Below are positions 10,977-20,625 of a stretch of DNA of 60,401 nucleotides, piece by piece; within the stretch, counting starts at the first letter, position 1; every line of letters begins with the position of its first letter. The DNA is taken from the NCBI GenBank assembly GCA_005223125.1, contig NJBH01000024.1, positions 1-60,401 on the forward strand. The letters are read 5' to 3'. Source of the DNA: Promethearchaeota archaeon Loki_b32 (GTDB lineage: Archaea; Asgardarchaeota; Lokiarchaeia; Sigyniarchaeales; SOKP01). Made by a program: the position numbers and the translations under genes. Below the pieces are notes generated by a model. That model ran no database searches. It saw only the letters and a list, made by a program, of their open reading frames with translations, and was not told the origin of the DNA.

Positions 10977-12243
10977 ATGGATGACATGAAAAATTTGCGT
11001 AAACAATGGCAAGCCGTATTTTCCTGTATAGATTTTAGATATATCATCTAAAACGCAGAAGGGATGCGGCGATTGTGGGTATGCTATTAGACCTGCAGTT
11101 GGAAGATACTTAACATGTCCTGTATTGGAAGCTAAAGGAGATGAAGGATTTGAAATATATTTTTCAAGAGGACGTATGAATGTTTTAAAGAGTATTTTAG
11201 AAGGCCAAATCCCATTGAGTAAAGAACTCGCAGAATGGGTATATCAATGTTCTGAATGTGGAAATTGCACTGAAGTTTGTCATATGTCTCAGAATCCAAA
11301 TATTGTTCTCCCCACGTGTAATTGGATAGATCATGTGAAAGTATGGGAAGCATTAAGAAAAGATTTGGTTGAAGCTGGTTTTGCTCCACTTGATAGACAT
11401 AGTAATCTAATTGAATATATGGATAATGATAAAATTAAAAATCCATATGGAGAGGAGAGAAATAAAAAATTAGAATGGATAGAAGAATTTCCTGAAATTA
11501 AGGATCGGGGTGAATTCATGTTTTTCGGTGGCTGTACCATGCCTTTAAGACAAGTAGATACTCTAAGAAGTATGATGAAGATTTTAAAAGTCGCAGGTAA
11601 AGAAATCGCAATGACCAAAGAAGAATGGTGCTGTGGGTCTATTGCATTACGTATTGGTGATGAAAAATCTTTAATTGACATTGTTAAGCATAATATTACA
11701 GAATTTGAAAAAAAAGGTACTAAAACATTGTTTACAGCATGTGCTGGATGTTATAGAACTTGGAAGAAAGATTATCCTGAATTATTAGGTGAAGAATTAC
11801 CATTTGAAGTAAAACATATTACAGAAATATTAGTAGATTTACTTAATAATAACCAAATCCCTTTTAAAGAGAAAGAACAAGAAGAAGTAAAAGTAACTTA
11901 CCATGATCCTTGCCATCTAGGACGGCATATGGACCTTTATGATATCCCTCGTGAAATAATTTCTAAAATTCCAGGAATTAATCTAATAGAAATGAAAAGA
12001 ACTAAGAACAATGCTTGGTGTTGCGGAGCAGGTGGTGGAGTAAAGAGTCAATTTCCAGATTTAGCGCTCAAAATCTCAGAAGAACGAATAAAAGAAGCAA
12101 TTGAAACCGGTGCTCAAATATTGACGACAAGTTGTCCATTTTGTATAGGGAATCTGGGGGATGCATATGAGGAAATAGATGCTTCTATTAAAGACAAAAT
12201 CAAGGTTGTTGATATAATTGATCTTATTGCTTCTAAACTATAG
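10977..12243 (+). CDS. Fe-S oxidoreductase (GlpC/HdrD-like: two 4Fe-4S motifs plus two CCG domains), interrupted by a 31-nt intron at 11030-11060
   Basis: CSECGNCTEVC, WCCG, TACAGC, YHDPCHLGR, WCCGAGGG, TSCPFC. The first ferredoxin motif (CMGCGDC...CP) forms only after removing 31 nt. Confidence 0.85.
11030..11060 (+). other. Putative BHB intron in mRNA (31 nt)
   Basis: Central helix CUGU/GCAG, 3-nt bulges AUA and AAG, inner stem UUUUAGAU/AUCUAAAA, outer stem GCCGUA/UGCGGC. Excision restores the frame. Confidence 0.8.
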
Positions 12244-12262
12244 CTTATTGTAGAGATTCAAA

Positions 12263-13768
12263 ATGTCAAAATTATACCAAAAATTAGAAAGAATTGTATC
12301 TGAAAAAAGAATATCTAATAACTTATATATTCGACACGCTTATTCTAGGAATGTTTCTTCTAATCTCCAAGGTGTCCCTGATCTTGTTATACGACCAAAA
12401 AGTACAGAAGAAATTTCTGAAGTTTTAAAAATCGCTAATGAAGAAAATATCCCTGTTATTCCTCGAGGTGGAGGAGATTGCGAATTTGGAGGGAGTAAAC
12501 CTATAGGAGATACTGGTATTGTTTTGGATACTAAAAGCATGAATAGTATCTTGAATTTGGATGAGGAAAATTTAATCGTTACTGTCGAAGCTGGAATTTC
12601 TTGGGGTAAATTAAATGAATATTTATGTCATTACGGGCTTTACACTGGATGTTTGGGTCCAGGATCTGGAATGACTTCATCAATAGGAGGAGGAATCTCG
12701 CATCATTCAGTAGGGGGCGGTGGATGTGCCAAATATGGGGCTTGTACTAATCAATTGGTTTCATTAGAAGTTGTTTTACCAACTGGAGAGATCATTGAAA
12801 CAGGATCACAAGCAAATCGATATTCAAAAATTCCATTCAACAGATTTGGAAACGGTCCAGACTTAGCTGGACTATTTTGTGGTGATAATGGACTATATGG
12901 GATCAAAGCTAAGGTTTCATTACAAGTGTTTCCAAAACCAGAATTCGCAAACTATAAAACATTTTTAATGCCTAGAAAATCACTTGAAATTTCAGCTCAA
13001 ATAATGAATGAAATCAGACAGAAAGGGATTGATATTTATGATGCAATGTATTTCATGGATTTAGTTGTATCTTTAGGAATCCAGTATGGCTTGTTCCCTA
13101 TGTGGGAACATTTAAAGAGAAAAAGAGGTATAATATTTTATACAATTGAAGCGAATTCAGAGGTAGAATTAGATGAGAAAACTAAACAATTAGATAATAT
13201 CTTTTTAAATAAAAAAGCTGAAGAATTTGGATCCGAAATTTCGGAGGGGAATATTGCTAAATGGCATTATGAAGAACAAGGCCATTGGTTAATCGCACAT
13301 AATTTATGGGGGCTAGTACCTGGATTTGATCCTGTAGATGCTGAGTGTAAAGTCCCCATTAACGCGTATCCTAAGATTATGAGAGACCTAGATCAATGGG
13401 ATTTGGAACACTCTGAAGATATGCAAAAAATTCTGGAGATTACTGGCATGAGACCAGTTACTGGTAGTGGTCCAATTATAATGGTTAAGGACAACAATGT
13501 GGAGTTAACATGTGGATTTTCTAGCTTTACAAGCTATTATAACGGTGAAAAGCATACTATAATTGATGAAATTAATATTAAATTATGGAAATCTCTTTTA
13601 GAAAGGTTAGTCAAACATGGAGCCATGTTTTATATGCAAGGGGACATACTTAGTAGACTTATGGTCGATATTGGAGGTTATCAAAAAGAGTTCTATGAGC
13701 TGATGAAAGCCATTAAAAATGTAATTGATCCTAATCATATTTTAAGCCGGGGAAAATACAATTTTTGA
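12263..13768 (+). CDS. FAD-binding oxidoreductase (GlcD/D-lactate dehydrogenase family)
   Basis: PVIPRGGG, VEAGI, SIGGG, KYG, LEVVLPTG, C-terminal DPNHILSRGK. Operonic with the Fe-S subunit. Confidence 0.9.
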   Translation: MSKLYQKLERIVSEKRISNNLYIRHAYSRNVSSNLQGVPDLVIRPKSTEEISEVLKIANEENIPVIPRGGGDCEFGGSKPIGDTGIVLDTKSMNSILNLDEENLIVTVEAGISWGKLNEYLCHYGLYTGCLGPGSGMTSSIGGGISHHSVGGGGCAKYGACTNQLVSLEVVLPTGEIIETGSQANRYSKIPFNRFGNGPDLAGLFCGDNGLYGIKAKVSLQVFPKPEFANYKTFLMPRKSLEISAQIMNEIRQKGIDIYDAMYFMDLVVSLGIQYGLFPMWEHLKRKRGIIFYTIEANSEVELDEKTKQLDNIFLNKKAEEFGSEISEGNIAKWHYEEQGHWLIAHNLWGLVPGFDPVDAECKVPINAYPKIMRDLDQWDLEHSEDMQKILEITGMRPVTGSGPIIMVKDNNVELTCGFSSFTSYYNGEKHTIIDEINIKLWKSLLERLVKHGAMFYMQGDILSRLMVDIGGYQKEFYELMKAIKNVIDPNHILSRGKYNF

Positions 13769-14001
13769 GGGGATGATACTGATAACTAAATTATATTTGA
13801 TATATACCCGAAATTCTTAATCAAATAATTTAAAAACTAAATATAGAAATCTGTTTTAAGATATTAAAAATAAAGAGTTTATTCGATTTAGCTAAAAGCT
13901 TAATAGTTTGCTTTTAATCAAGTTTAAATATATCTATTTTTATTTGTTTATAAAAAATCGTTACTATTGTTTTATTAAAATAAGATTGGGGTTTTAACCT
14001 A

Positions 14002-14904
14002 ATGACAACAAAACTTACATTTATAGGTAAACCAGAAGTAGGAAAGACAACAATAAAGAAGGTTATCTTTGAAGGAGAAGACCCAAATAAGTTAATTCTC
14101 TTTCCACTTGAAGCTTCAGTGCGGATTGATTATTCTGTTCACGAATTTATGGATTCTAAAATTGTTTTAATAGATACGCCAGGACAATCTTTATCAGATT
14201 TATTAGAAGATGAAGAAAAGCAAAGAAGGTCTTTTGAAAATGCTAATGCAATAGTATATATTTTCGATTATCCAACTTATATAGAAAATTCTGAATATAT
14301 AATTAATGACATTAGGAGGGTCTATAACATTAATAAGAAACTTGATTTTGATGCTAAAATCATTTTGTTTTTACATAAAATTGATCTTATAATCGCCAAA
14401 AAAATTGGTTTTAAACTCGCCATTGTCAAAAAACAAATTAACAAATTATTAAGTTTACCTGAAGATTTACCGATTCATTTCACCAGTTTACATCCTAACT
14501 TGATATACACGATTTATAATGCTTTATCTGATACAATTGGGAATTTTTCAGAGGACATTTCAAATTTAAAGGGTTTAATCAGTAATTTAACTAAGGATTT
14601 ATCTAAAACTATTAGTTTTGTTTCTAATAAAGAAGATAACCTAATTATCCAAGTAATTTCAGATGATTTTGATACATCTATCCTTTTTTCTCTCTATGAA
14701 AAAATTTATAAACTAAGTAGTTCACCAGATGATCTCTTATCTAAGAGCAATTTAATTACATTAGATTCCAAGATATTACATACTGTGAGTGCAAATATCT
14801 CAACTTTTAATACAAATTTTAAAAACATAATATTCTTATCTGAGACATTAGAAAGTAATGAATTAAATAACCTAATTGGAGAACTTAAAGAAAAGTCAAG
14901 TTGA
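14002..14904 (+). CDS. Rag/Gtr-like small GTPase with C-terminal roadblock/longin-like domain
   Basis: G1 GKPEVGKT, G3 DTPGQ, G4 HKID (Rag-type His). Confidence 0.8.
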   Translation: MTTKLTFIGKPEVGKTTIKKVIFEGEDPNKLILFPLEASVRIDYSVHEFMDSKIVLIDTPGQSLSDLLEDEEKQRRSFENANAIVYIFDYPTYIENSEYIINDIRRVYNINKKLDFDAKIILFLHKIDLIIAKKIGFKLAIVKKQINKLLSLPEDLPIHFTSLHPNLIYTIYNALSDTIGNFSEDISNLKGLISNLTKDLSKTISFVSNKEDNLIIQVISDDFDTSILFSLYEKIYKLSSSPDDLLSKSNLITLDSKILHTVSANISTFNTNFKNIIFLSETLESNELNNLIGELKEKSS

Positions 14905-15104
14905 ATCGGAGATTATAGATATGTTACGGCAAGTATGAATTTCCTTAAATTTCTTTTATTGCAAGTCATATTGGAATTGAATAAGAATCTCTTAATGGAA
15001 TCTATCGTTTTACTCAAGTTTAAATAAATTCATTTTTATTTGATTATAAAAAATACTTATTATTCTTATTAAAAAATAAATTTATAGAAATAAGATGGAG
15101 AACT

Positions 15105-16022
15105 ATGATAACTAAACGTGTTGCCTTGGTTGGTAAACCAGAAGTAGGTAAAACTACAATTAAGAAAGTAATCTTTGAGGGAGAAGATCCTAATGAATTA
15201 GTTCTTTTCCCTCTTGAAGCAACAATAGGAATAAAATATTCTGTACATGAATTTATGGATATGAAAATAAGTTTATTAGATACTCCCGGCCAATCTTTAC
15301 CTATACTATTACAAGATGAAGAAAAACAAATTGCTTCATTTGAAAACACTGGTGCAATAATCTACATTTTTGATTATCCAACTTGGATTACAGATTCTCA
15401 AGATATTATCGATGATATTCAAACTCTTTATAAAATTAACAAAAAACATGATTTTGGATCCAAAATTGTTCTGTTTTTACACAAAGTTGATCTCTTAATA
15501 GATAAAAAGATTGGGAGTAGGCTTGATCTTATTGGAAAACAAATAAATAAACAATTAGATTTACCAGAAGATTTTCCGATATATTTCACTAGCTTACACC
15601 CAAATTTAATCTACACCATTTATAATGCGATATCAGATACATTTAGTAATTTTTCAGAAGATTCTTCAAAATTGAAAGAAATTATAAAGAAAACAATAAA
15701 ACATTCATCTAAAACAATTTGCTTTGTTTCTAATCGAGAAGGTAACCTAATTATTCAGTCTTCTAGTCCAGATTTTGACACAACTACTCTTTACTATTTA
15801 TATGAGAAGATCTATCAATTTAGTAAAACCCCAGAGCAACCTCTTTCAAACAACAAGTTTATAAACGCAGGATCTAAATTATTATGTATGATAATTGAGG
15901 ATATTGGTAAATTTCATCCTTCCTTTAAGAATTTATTATTTTTCTCCGAAACATTGAAAGAAAATGACTTAAATGAATTTATCAATGAAATTGAGAAAGA
16001 ATTAGGCCAAATCTATAATTGA
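15105..16022 (+). CDS. Rag/Gtr-like small GTPase, tandem paralog
   Basis: GKPEVGKT, DTPGQ, HKVD. Colinear with 14002-14904. Confidence 0.8.
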   Translation: MITKRVALVGKPEVGKTTIKKVIFEGEDPNELVLFPLEATIGIKYSVHEFMDMKISLLDTPGQSLPILLQDEEKQIASFENTGAIIYIFDYPTWITDSQDIIDDIQTLYKINKKHDFGSKIVLFLHKVDLLIDKKIGSRLDLIGKQINKQLDLPEDFPIYFTSLHPNLIYTIYNAISDTFSNFSEDSSKLKEIIKKTIKHSSKTICFVSNREGNLIIQSSSPDFDTTTLYYLYEKIYQFSKTPEQPLSNNKFINAGSKLLCMIIEDIGKFHPSFKNLLFFSETLKENDLNEFINEIEKELGQIYN

Positions 16023-16047
16023 TTGAAAAATAATTGAGAAACTAGAC

Positions 16048-17085
16048 ATGTTACGACAAATTTATATAATTTTAAATGATAACATAATATATCAAAGGAA
16101 TTATGCTAAAGGTTTAGATGATTCTCTCTTTACAAATGTTTATTTAAATATTAAAAAAGCCGCTTTTGCTAAATTTGCTGATGTAATTAGATCATATGAA
16201 TTTTTTGAATTTAAACTCTCATATATAGTAGAAAAAAGTTTGAATTTAATATTTCTTTTCGTAACTGGATTAGGAGATGAATTTAAAAATATAAAGCCTC
16301 AATTAAGTGACTTTAGGAAAGAATTTTTAGATTTTTATCATGATAATATTAAAGAGAATAACCTTAAAATTGTAACAGAGATTTTAGACCCAATTGTTGA
16401 TAATATTCATAGAAATTTAAAACCAAAAATATCGATTGTGGGATTTTCTGGAGTTGGAAAGACTACAACTACCAAATTGATAAAATCAGAAGAAATTCCT
16501 ATGCAACATATTCCTACGATCACAGGTGAAGTCGCAACAATAAAAATTGGGAAATTACACTTCTTTTTATGGGATTTTGCTGGCCAAGATCAATTTGATT
16601 TTTTATGGGAGAAATTTATAAGAGGAAGTGATGCAGTTTTATTAATGACAGATTCAACACTGGAGAACCTCGAAAAGAGCAAATACTTTTTCTTATTAGT
16701 AAATAAAGAAGTCCCATATGCGCGTTTAGCAGTTATCGCAAACAAACAAGATTTACCAGAAGCGATGAAGGTGGAAGATATTGAGAGATTAATGGGAACA
16801 AAAACTTATTCTTTCATAGCTATTGACCCAAACAATCGACCAAAAATGATCCGTATTATAGCAGATCTTTTAGATATGGATGCGAAGGTATCACCTTTGC
16901 TAAAACCAATATTTGAGCGAGATACACTTATGGATAAAGCACAAAAAGCTTTAGAATTAGGTGAATTTAATGAAACAGTAGAAATCTTTGAAAAAATAAG
17001 TAATATTTGCCTAGAACTTGGAGATGATTCTCTTGCAATTGAACTTCAAGAGAAAGCCGACAAATTAAGAAGCTTTTTAGGATAG
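16048..17085 (+). CDS. Longin-like domain + Arf-like GTPase + helical tail
   Basis: GFSGVGKT, PTI, WDFAGQ, NKQD. The N-terminal ~120 aa has a longin-like pattern. Confidence 0.85.
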   Translation: MLRQIYIILNDNIIYQRNYAKGLDDSLFTNVYLNIKKAAFAKFADVIRSYEFFEFKLSYIVEKSLNLIFLFVTGLGDEFKNIKPQLSDFRKEFLDFYHDNIKENNLKIVTEILDPIVDNIHRNLKPKISIVGFSGVGKTTTTKLIKSEEIPMQHIPTITGEVATIKIGKLHFFLWDFAGQDQFDFLWEKFIRGSDAVLLMTDSTLENLEKSKYFFLLVNKEVPYARLAVIANKQDLPEAMKVEDIERLMGTKTYSFIAIDPNNRPKMIRIIADLLDMDAKVSPLLKPIFERDTLMDKAQKALELGEFNETVEIFEKISNICLELGDDSLAIELQEKADKLRSFLG

Positions 17086-18744
17086 TTACCATGTTCTTGT
17101 AAGATTTTGGAGAAATACCAAAACTTCATTCTTTCCTATAGGTACAATATCAGAACGAAAAATTACTTGAGTCTCTTTATATGGAATTCTAAACTTCATT
17201 TCAACAGATTCTCTTGTTTCTAAGGATTTTTCTATATTAGCTAAAGCTTCCTCAGCAATATCATTAGGTAATATTTCATACAAACTTTTCCCTATGAAAT
17301 TACTAGTAGACGAAGCGAATTCACATATTTTTTCTATTTTTTTTTCTAATTGGACATCAAGAAAAATACCATCTAAAGATATTCGAAAAATTGAGAATGG
17401 AATGTGTTTAAGTAGAATTGAATTCTTAGCTTCACTTTGTTTTAACTCTTCTTGATTTTTGAGTTTATCTATTGCTGTTCCTATCTCCAAAGCAATTGAA
17501 ATAATTAGTTCCATATCTTCATTAGATATATTTGTGTGATCATATAAAATTATATTAATTGAACCAATAATCTTAAATTTCGAAAATAATGGGATTACTG
17601 CACAAGAAATAGATTCATATCCTTTAAAAAACTGTTTTATAAAACCTGGAAAATTCTCATTGAAAAGAGCTACTCCTTGGGAAAAAACAATTTTGTACGG
17701 ATTTTCGTTGATATCAATATTATTATTGTTTTCAAAAAAGAATTGTGGAAGTCCTTTATGAGCTTTGATTGAAGCGATATTTTGGATTTTATCTACCAAG
17801 TAAATACAACAACCTTTAAGATTTAAAAAATCTATGATTGAATTTATTGTCTTATTAAGTAATTCAGTCAAGTTAGTTGCTTGATTTGCAATGCTTATAA
17901 ATTCATTCAGGGTATCTATTTTCTTAGCATGTCCCTTAAGTTTTTCCTCAATCGAATATACATCTGTAAAATCATGAAAAATATATTGAATATAAAATTC
18001 TTCCCCTAATTTAATCTCATTAACACTAACTTCTAGATATAACAGTGTACCAGTAGATTCTTTTATTCTTGAAATTATTGGTGGTGGTTGATCTATTAAA
18101 TGTTTAATCATATTTGGATCAACTAACCCCTCATCGAATAAGTTAAGTTCCAAGGCTTCGATTCCTATAATTTCTTCTCTTGTTTTTTCGACTAGTCTCT
18201 CTGCTTCTCGGTTAACATCGATAATGACACCTGTATCGCGATTGATAATGAAAATTGCATCCCTAGCGGCCTGGAATAAAGCTTGATATCGATGTTCTGC
18301 CATTTCTAGAGTTTTAATTGCGGGTTTTATTGACTCAAAATAAGAAAAAAAGAAATTTTGAATTTCTTTTAGTTTATTCAGATCTGCCTTATGATCTTTT
18401 GGTTCATAATCGAATGCTAGGTAAGCATCTTCAAGGTTGATAATATAGTTAGCAAAGCCTTCAAGCAGTTTATTTGCAAGCATTAGGCTTATCTGAGTCT
18501 TAATATCTGTTATTAATGTGATTAAAAAGCTTTCATATCCTCCTCGTGCAAACTTGTTAGGTTGTTTGAAGAATAAATTAGCCGTCTTAATCTCTTTAAA
18601 TATGTGAATAAATACTCCTTTTGTGGGGAGCTCTATTAATGAAGGAATATCTTGTATATGTTCATCATCTAAGGATTTTGGTGCTTTCAAAAAAATGCTA
18701 GGTCCAAAAAGAGGATCAAAACGTACAAGCAGTAATCCAATCAA
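17086..18744 (-). CDS. Longin/uDENN-like + PAS + GAF + PAS sensory protein, no kinase domain
   Basis: N-terminal LLLVRFDPLFGP. PAS (ARDAIFII...DVN...EEIIG), GAF (AVIPL...IIGSI), terminal PAS. Confidence 0.7.
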   Translation of the reverse strand: MIGLLLVRFDPLFGPSIFLKAPKSLDDEHIQDIPSLIELPTKGVFIHIFKEIKTANLFFKQPNKFARGGYESFLITLITDIKTQISLMLANKLLEGFANYIINLEDAYLAFDYEPKDHKADLNKLKEIQNFFFSYFESIKPAIKTLEMAEHRYQALFQAARDAIFIINRDTGVIIDVNREAERLVEKTREEIIGIEALELNLFDEGLVDPNMIKHLIDQPPPIISRIKESTGTLLYLEVSVNEIKLGEEFYIQYIFHDFTDVYSIEEKLKGHAKKIDTLNEFISIANQATNLTELLNKTINSIIDFLNLKGCCIYLVDKIQNIASIKAHKGLPQFFFENNNNIDINENPYKIVFSQGVALFNENFPGFIKQFFKGYESISCAVIPLFSKFKIIGSINIILYDHTNISNEDMELIISIALEIGTAIDKLKNQEELKQSEAKNSILLKHIPFSIFRISLDGIFLDVQLEKKIEKICEFASSTSNFIGKSLYEILPNDIAEEALANIEKSLETRESVEMKFRIPYKETQVIFRSDIVPIGKNEVLVFLQNLTRTW

Positions 18745-18880
18745 GAAGTTTCACGAATTTAATGCTAATTATCTCAAATTTAGATTAATAATTGAATTAT
18801 ATAAATTCTCCGTAATAAATATATTTTTAAAAATAATCATTTAGAAAAATCTTTAAGAATTCTCCTTTTTTTTACAATAT

Positions 18881-19564
18881 ATGGAGGATATTAGTATTTA
18901 TCTACAACCAACTGAGTTTTTTGATTTTAATAAAAAATCTGTTAGTAAAAAAGCAGTGGAAATTACTAGCGGTTTAAAAACGGAAAAAGAAAAGGCTATT
19001 GCTCTATTTTATTGGGTAAGAGATGAAATTAAATATAATGCATTTTCATATTATCCAAAAATTAAAGCAAATCTCAAAGCCTCAGTTACAATGCGGAGAG
19101 AATATGGATTTTGTATGTCTAAAGCTACATTATTATCAACTTTAGCAAGAGCAGTAGGAATTCCAGCCCGTATTCATATGGTTGACATTATTAATCATAA
19201 AATTTCTAAAAGGCTTGTTGCTCTAATGGGTACAAATGTTTTTCATTGCCATGCATATAGTGAGCTATGGTTAAACGGTAAATGGATAAAAGCTGCACCC
19301 ATTTTTGATAAAAAAACTTGTATAAAGGGTGATTTTTTTCCTATGATCGAGTTCGATGGAGAAAATGATGCTTTATTTGCCCCTTATGATACAGAAGGGA
19401 ATAAATTTGTAGAATATATAGGAGATTGGGGTACTTACGCAGATGTACCACAAAAGAAGATTGATCAAATATTTACAGAAAAATATCCAAAATGGTATAA
19501 TAATAATTTGTCATTTCTTCCCAAAAAACCAATTAAAAAAGAACCCTTATCTCTTGATAAGTAA
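18881..19564 (+). CDS. Transglutaminase-like protein
   Basis: FYWVRDEIKY, GFCMSKA, RAVGIPARI, HAYSE, GKW. Confidence 0.9.
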   Translation: MEDISIYLQPTEFFDFNKKSVSKKAVEITSGLKTEKEKAIALFYWVRDEIKYNAFSYYPKIKANLKASVTMRREYGFCMSKATLLSTLARAVGIPARIHMVDIINHKISKRLVALMGTNVFHCHAYSELWLNGKWIKAAPIFDKKTCIKGDFFPMIEFDGENDALFAPYDTEGNKFVEYIGDWGTYADVPQKKIDQIFTEKYPKWYNNNLSFLPKKPIKKEPLSLDK

Positions 19565-19591
19565 AACCCGTAAAAAACTAATATAAAGGAT

Positions 19592-20518
19592 TCAATTAAA
19601 ATATTTTTCTTTTAATCCTAATTCTCTTAAAAAGATTTTATATTTACCTAATTTTCCGCTATAATTTCCCGCAGAAATTCTAATTAAACCATCCATGTTT
19701 ATAATCCCCTCAATTACGTTTAACATTGTTTTTTCAATAGTACCAAGATCTAAAGCATTAAATACAATTTCAGGAATCGAATAAACATCATCTGGTACCT
19801 TAAATTCTTCAGATGGTATTGTATTCTTTAATGTTGGGCAATATGGATGATTTGTCGAAGGACCAATTTCTGGAAAATTTGTATCTGTTTTAGACCCAGC
19901 TGAACATACATCAAATATAGTGCATATATTATCAATTTCAGCTATAATTTTAACACCTTCACGCCCTACTTTTATACCTGAGTCAACTGAATCACAAAAT
20001 AAATATAGATTTCCTCCCATAACACCTTTAGTATAAGTAATTTCTTCTTCAATTAAGAAATCATACCCCATCATCAGTGGAATAGAAATCATATTTCTAT
20101 CAAATTTTTTTATAATTTCCTCATAACCATCTCCACAATGACCCACATTATTCATCATATTAAATTTCACTTCAGCTTTATATGGATAATAATTAAAAAC
20201 AGCTGTAGTTGGGATTACTAAAATACCTTGTCTCATTCGCCTTCCTAATTGGTCATAAAACTTAGCTGTAGCCTTTTTACCAGTGCCAGTAACCCATAAT
20301 TGTACTATTGCCCCCAATCTACCATCAATAGTCTCCCTTTCAGAAAGCCACCTAACAATCCCTCCTTCAGCGTCCCCAAATACTGTTGATGGTAACGCAG
20401 TAAATGCATAAGCCGCTCTATTTAAAAATTCAGCATCTTGAGCAGTTACCATTAATTGACAACATATACCCTCAAAAGCTTCACAATAAGTATCTTCTAC
20501 AATCGCCACACTCATCAC
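19592..20518 (-). CDS. ftr: Formylmethanofuran:tetrahydromethanopterin formyltransferase
   Basis: VEDTYCEAF, EGGI, GVMGGN, SAGSK, STNHPYCPTL, ISAGNYSGKLG. Confidence 0.92.
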   Translation of the reverse strand: MMSVAIVEDTYCEAFEGICCQLMVTAQDAEFLNRAAYAFTALPSTVFGDAEGGIVRWLSERETIDGRLGAIVQLWVTGTGKKATAKFYDQLGRRMRQGILVIPTTAVFNYYPYKAEVKFNMMNNVGHCGDGYEEIIKKFDRNMISIPLMMGYDFLIEEEITYTKGVMGGNLYLFCDSVDSGIKVGREGVKIIAEIDNICTIFDVCSAGSKTDTNFPEIGPSTNHPYCPTLKNTIPSEEFKVPDDVYSIPEIVFNALDLGTIEKTMLNVIEGIINMDGLIRISAGNYSGKLGKYKIFLRELGLKEKYFN

Positions 20519-20625
20519 ACATAATTTATTACTTAAAAGATAAATACTTAATATTATCCTATTTACTTATTAAGTCTAAAAAATTTAATAAATTATTAAT
20601 ATAAAATTATCAGAGATTTAATAAA

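Larger units (their letters stand above)
13918..16062 (+). repeat. Old tandem duplication (~1.1 kb unit: promoter region + GTPase gene + start of next gene)
   Basis: TCAAGTTTAAATA...TTTTATTTG.TTATAAAAAAT occurs at 13918 and 15014. A remnant MLRQV* at 14921-14938 mirrors MLRQI at 16048. Confidence 0.7.
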
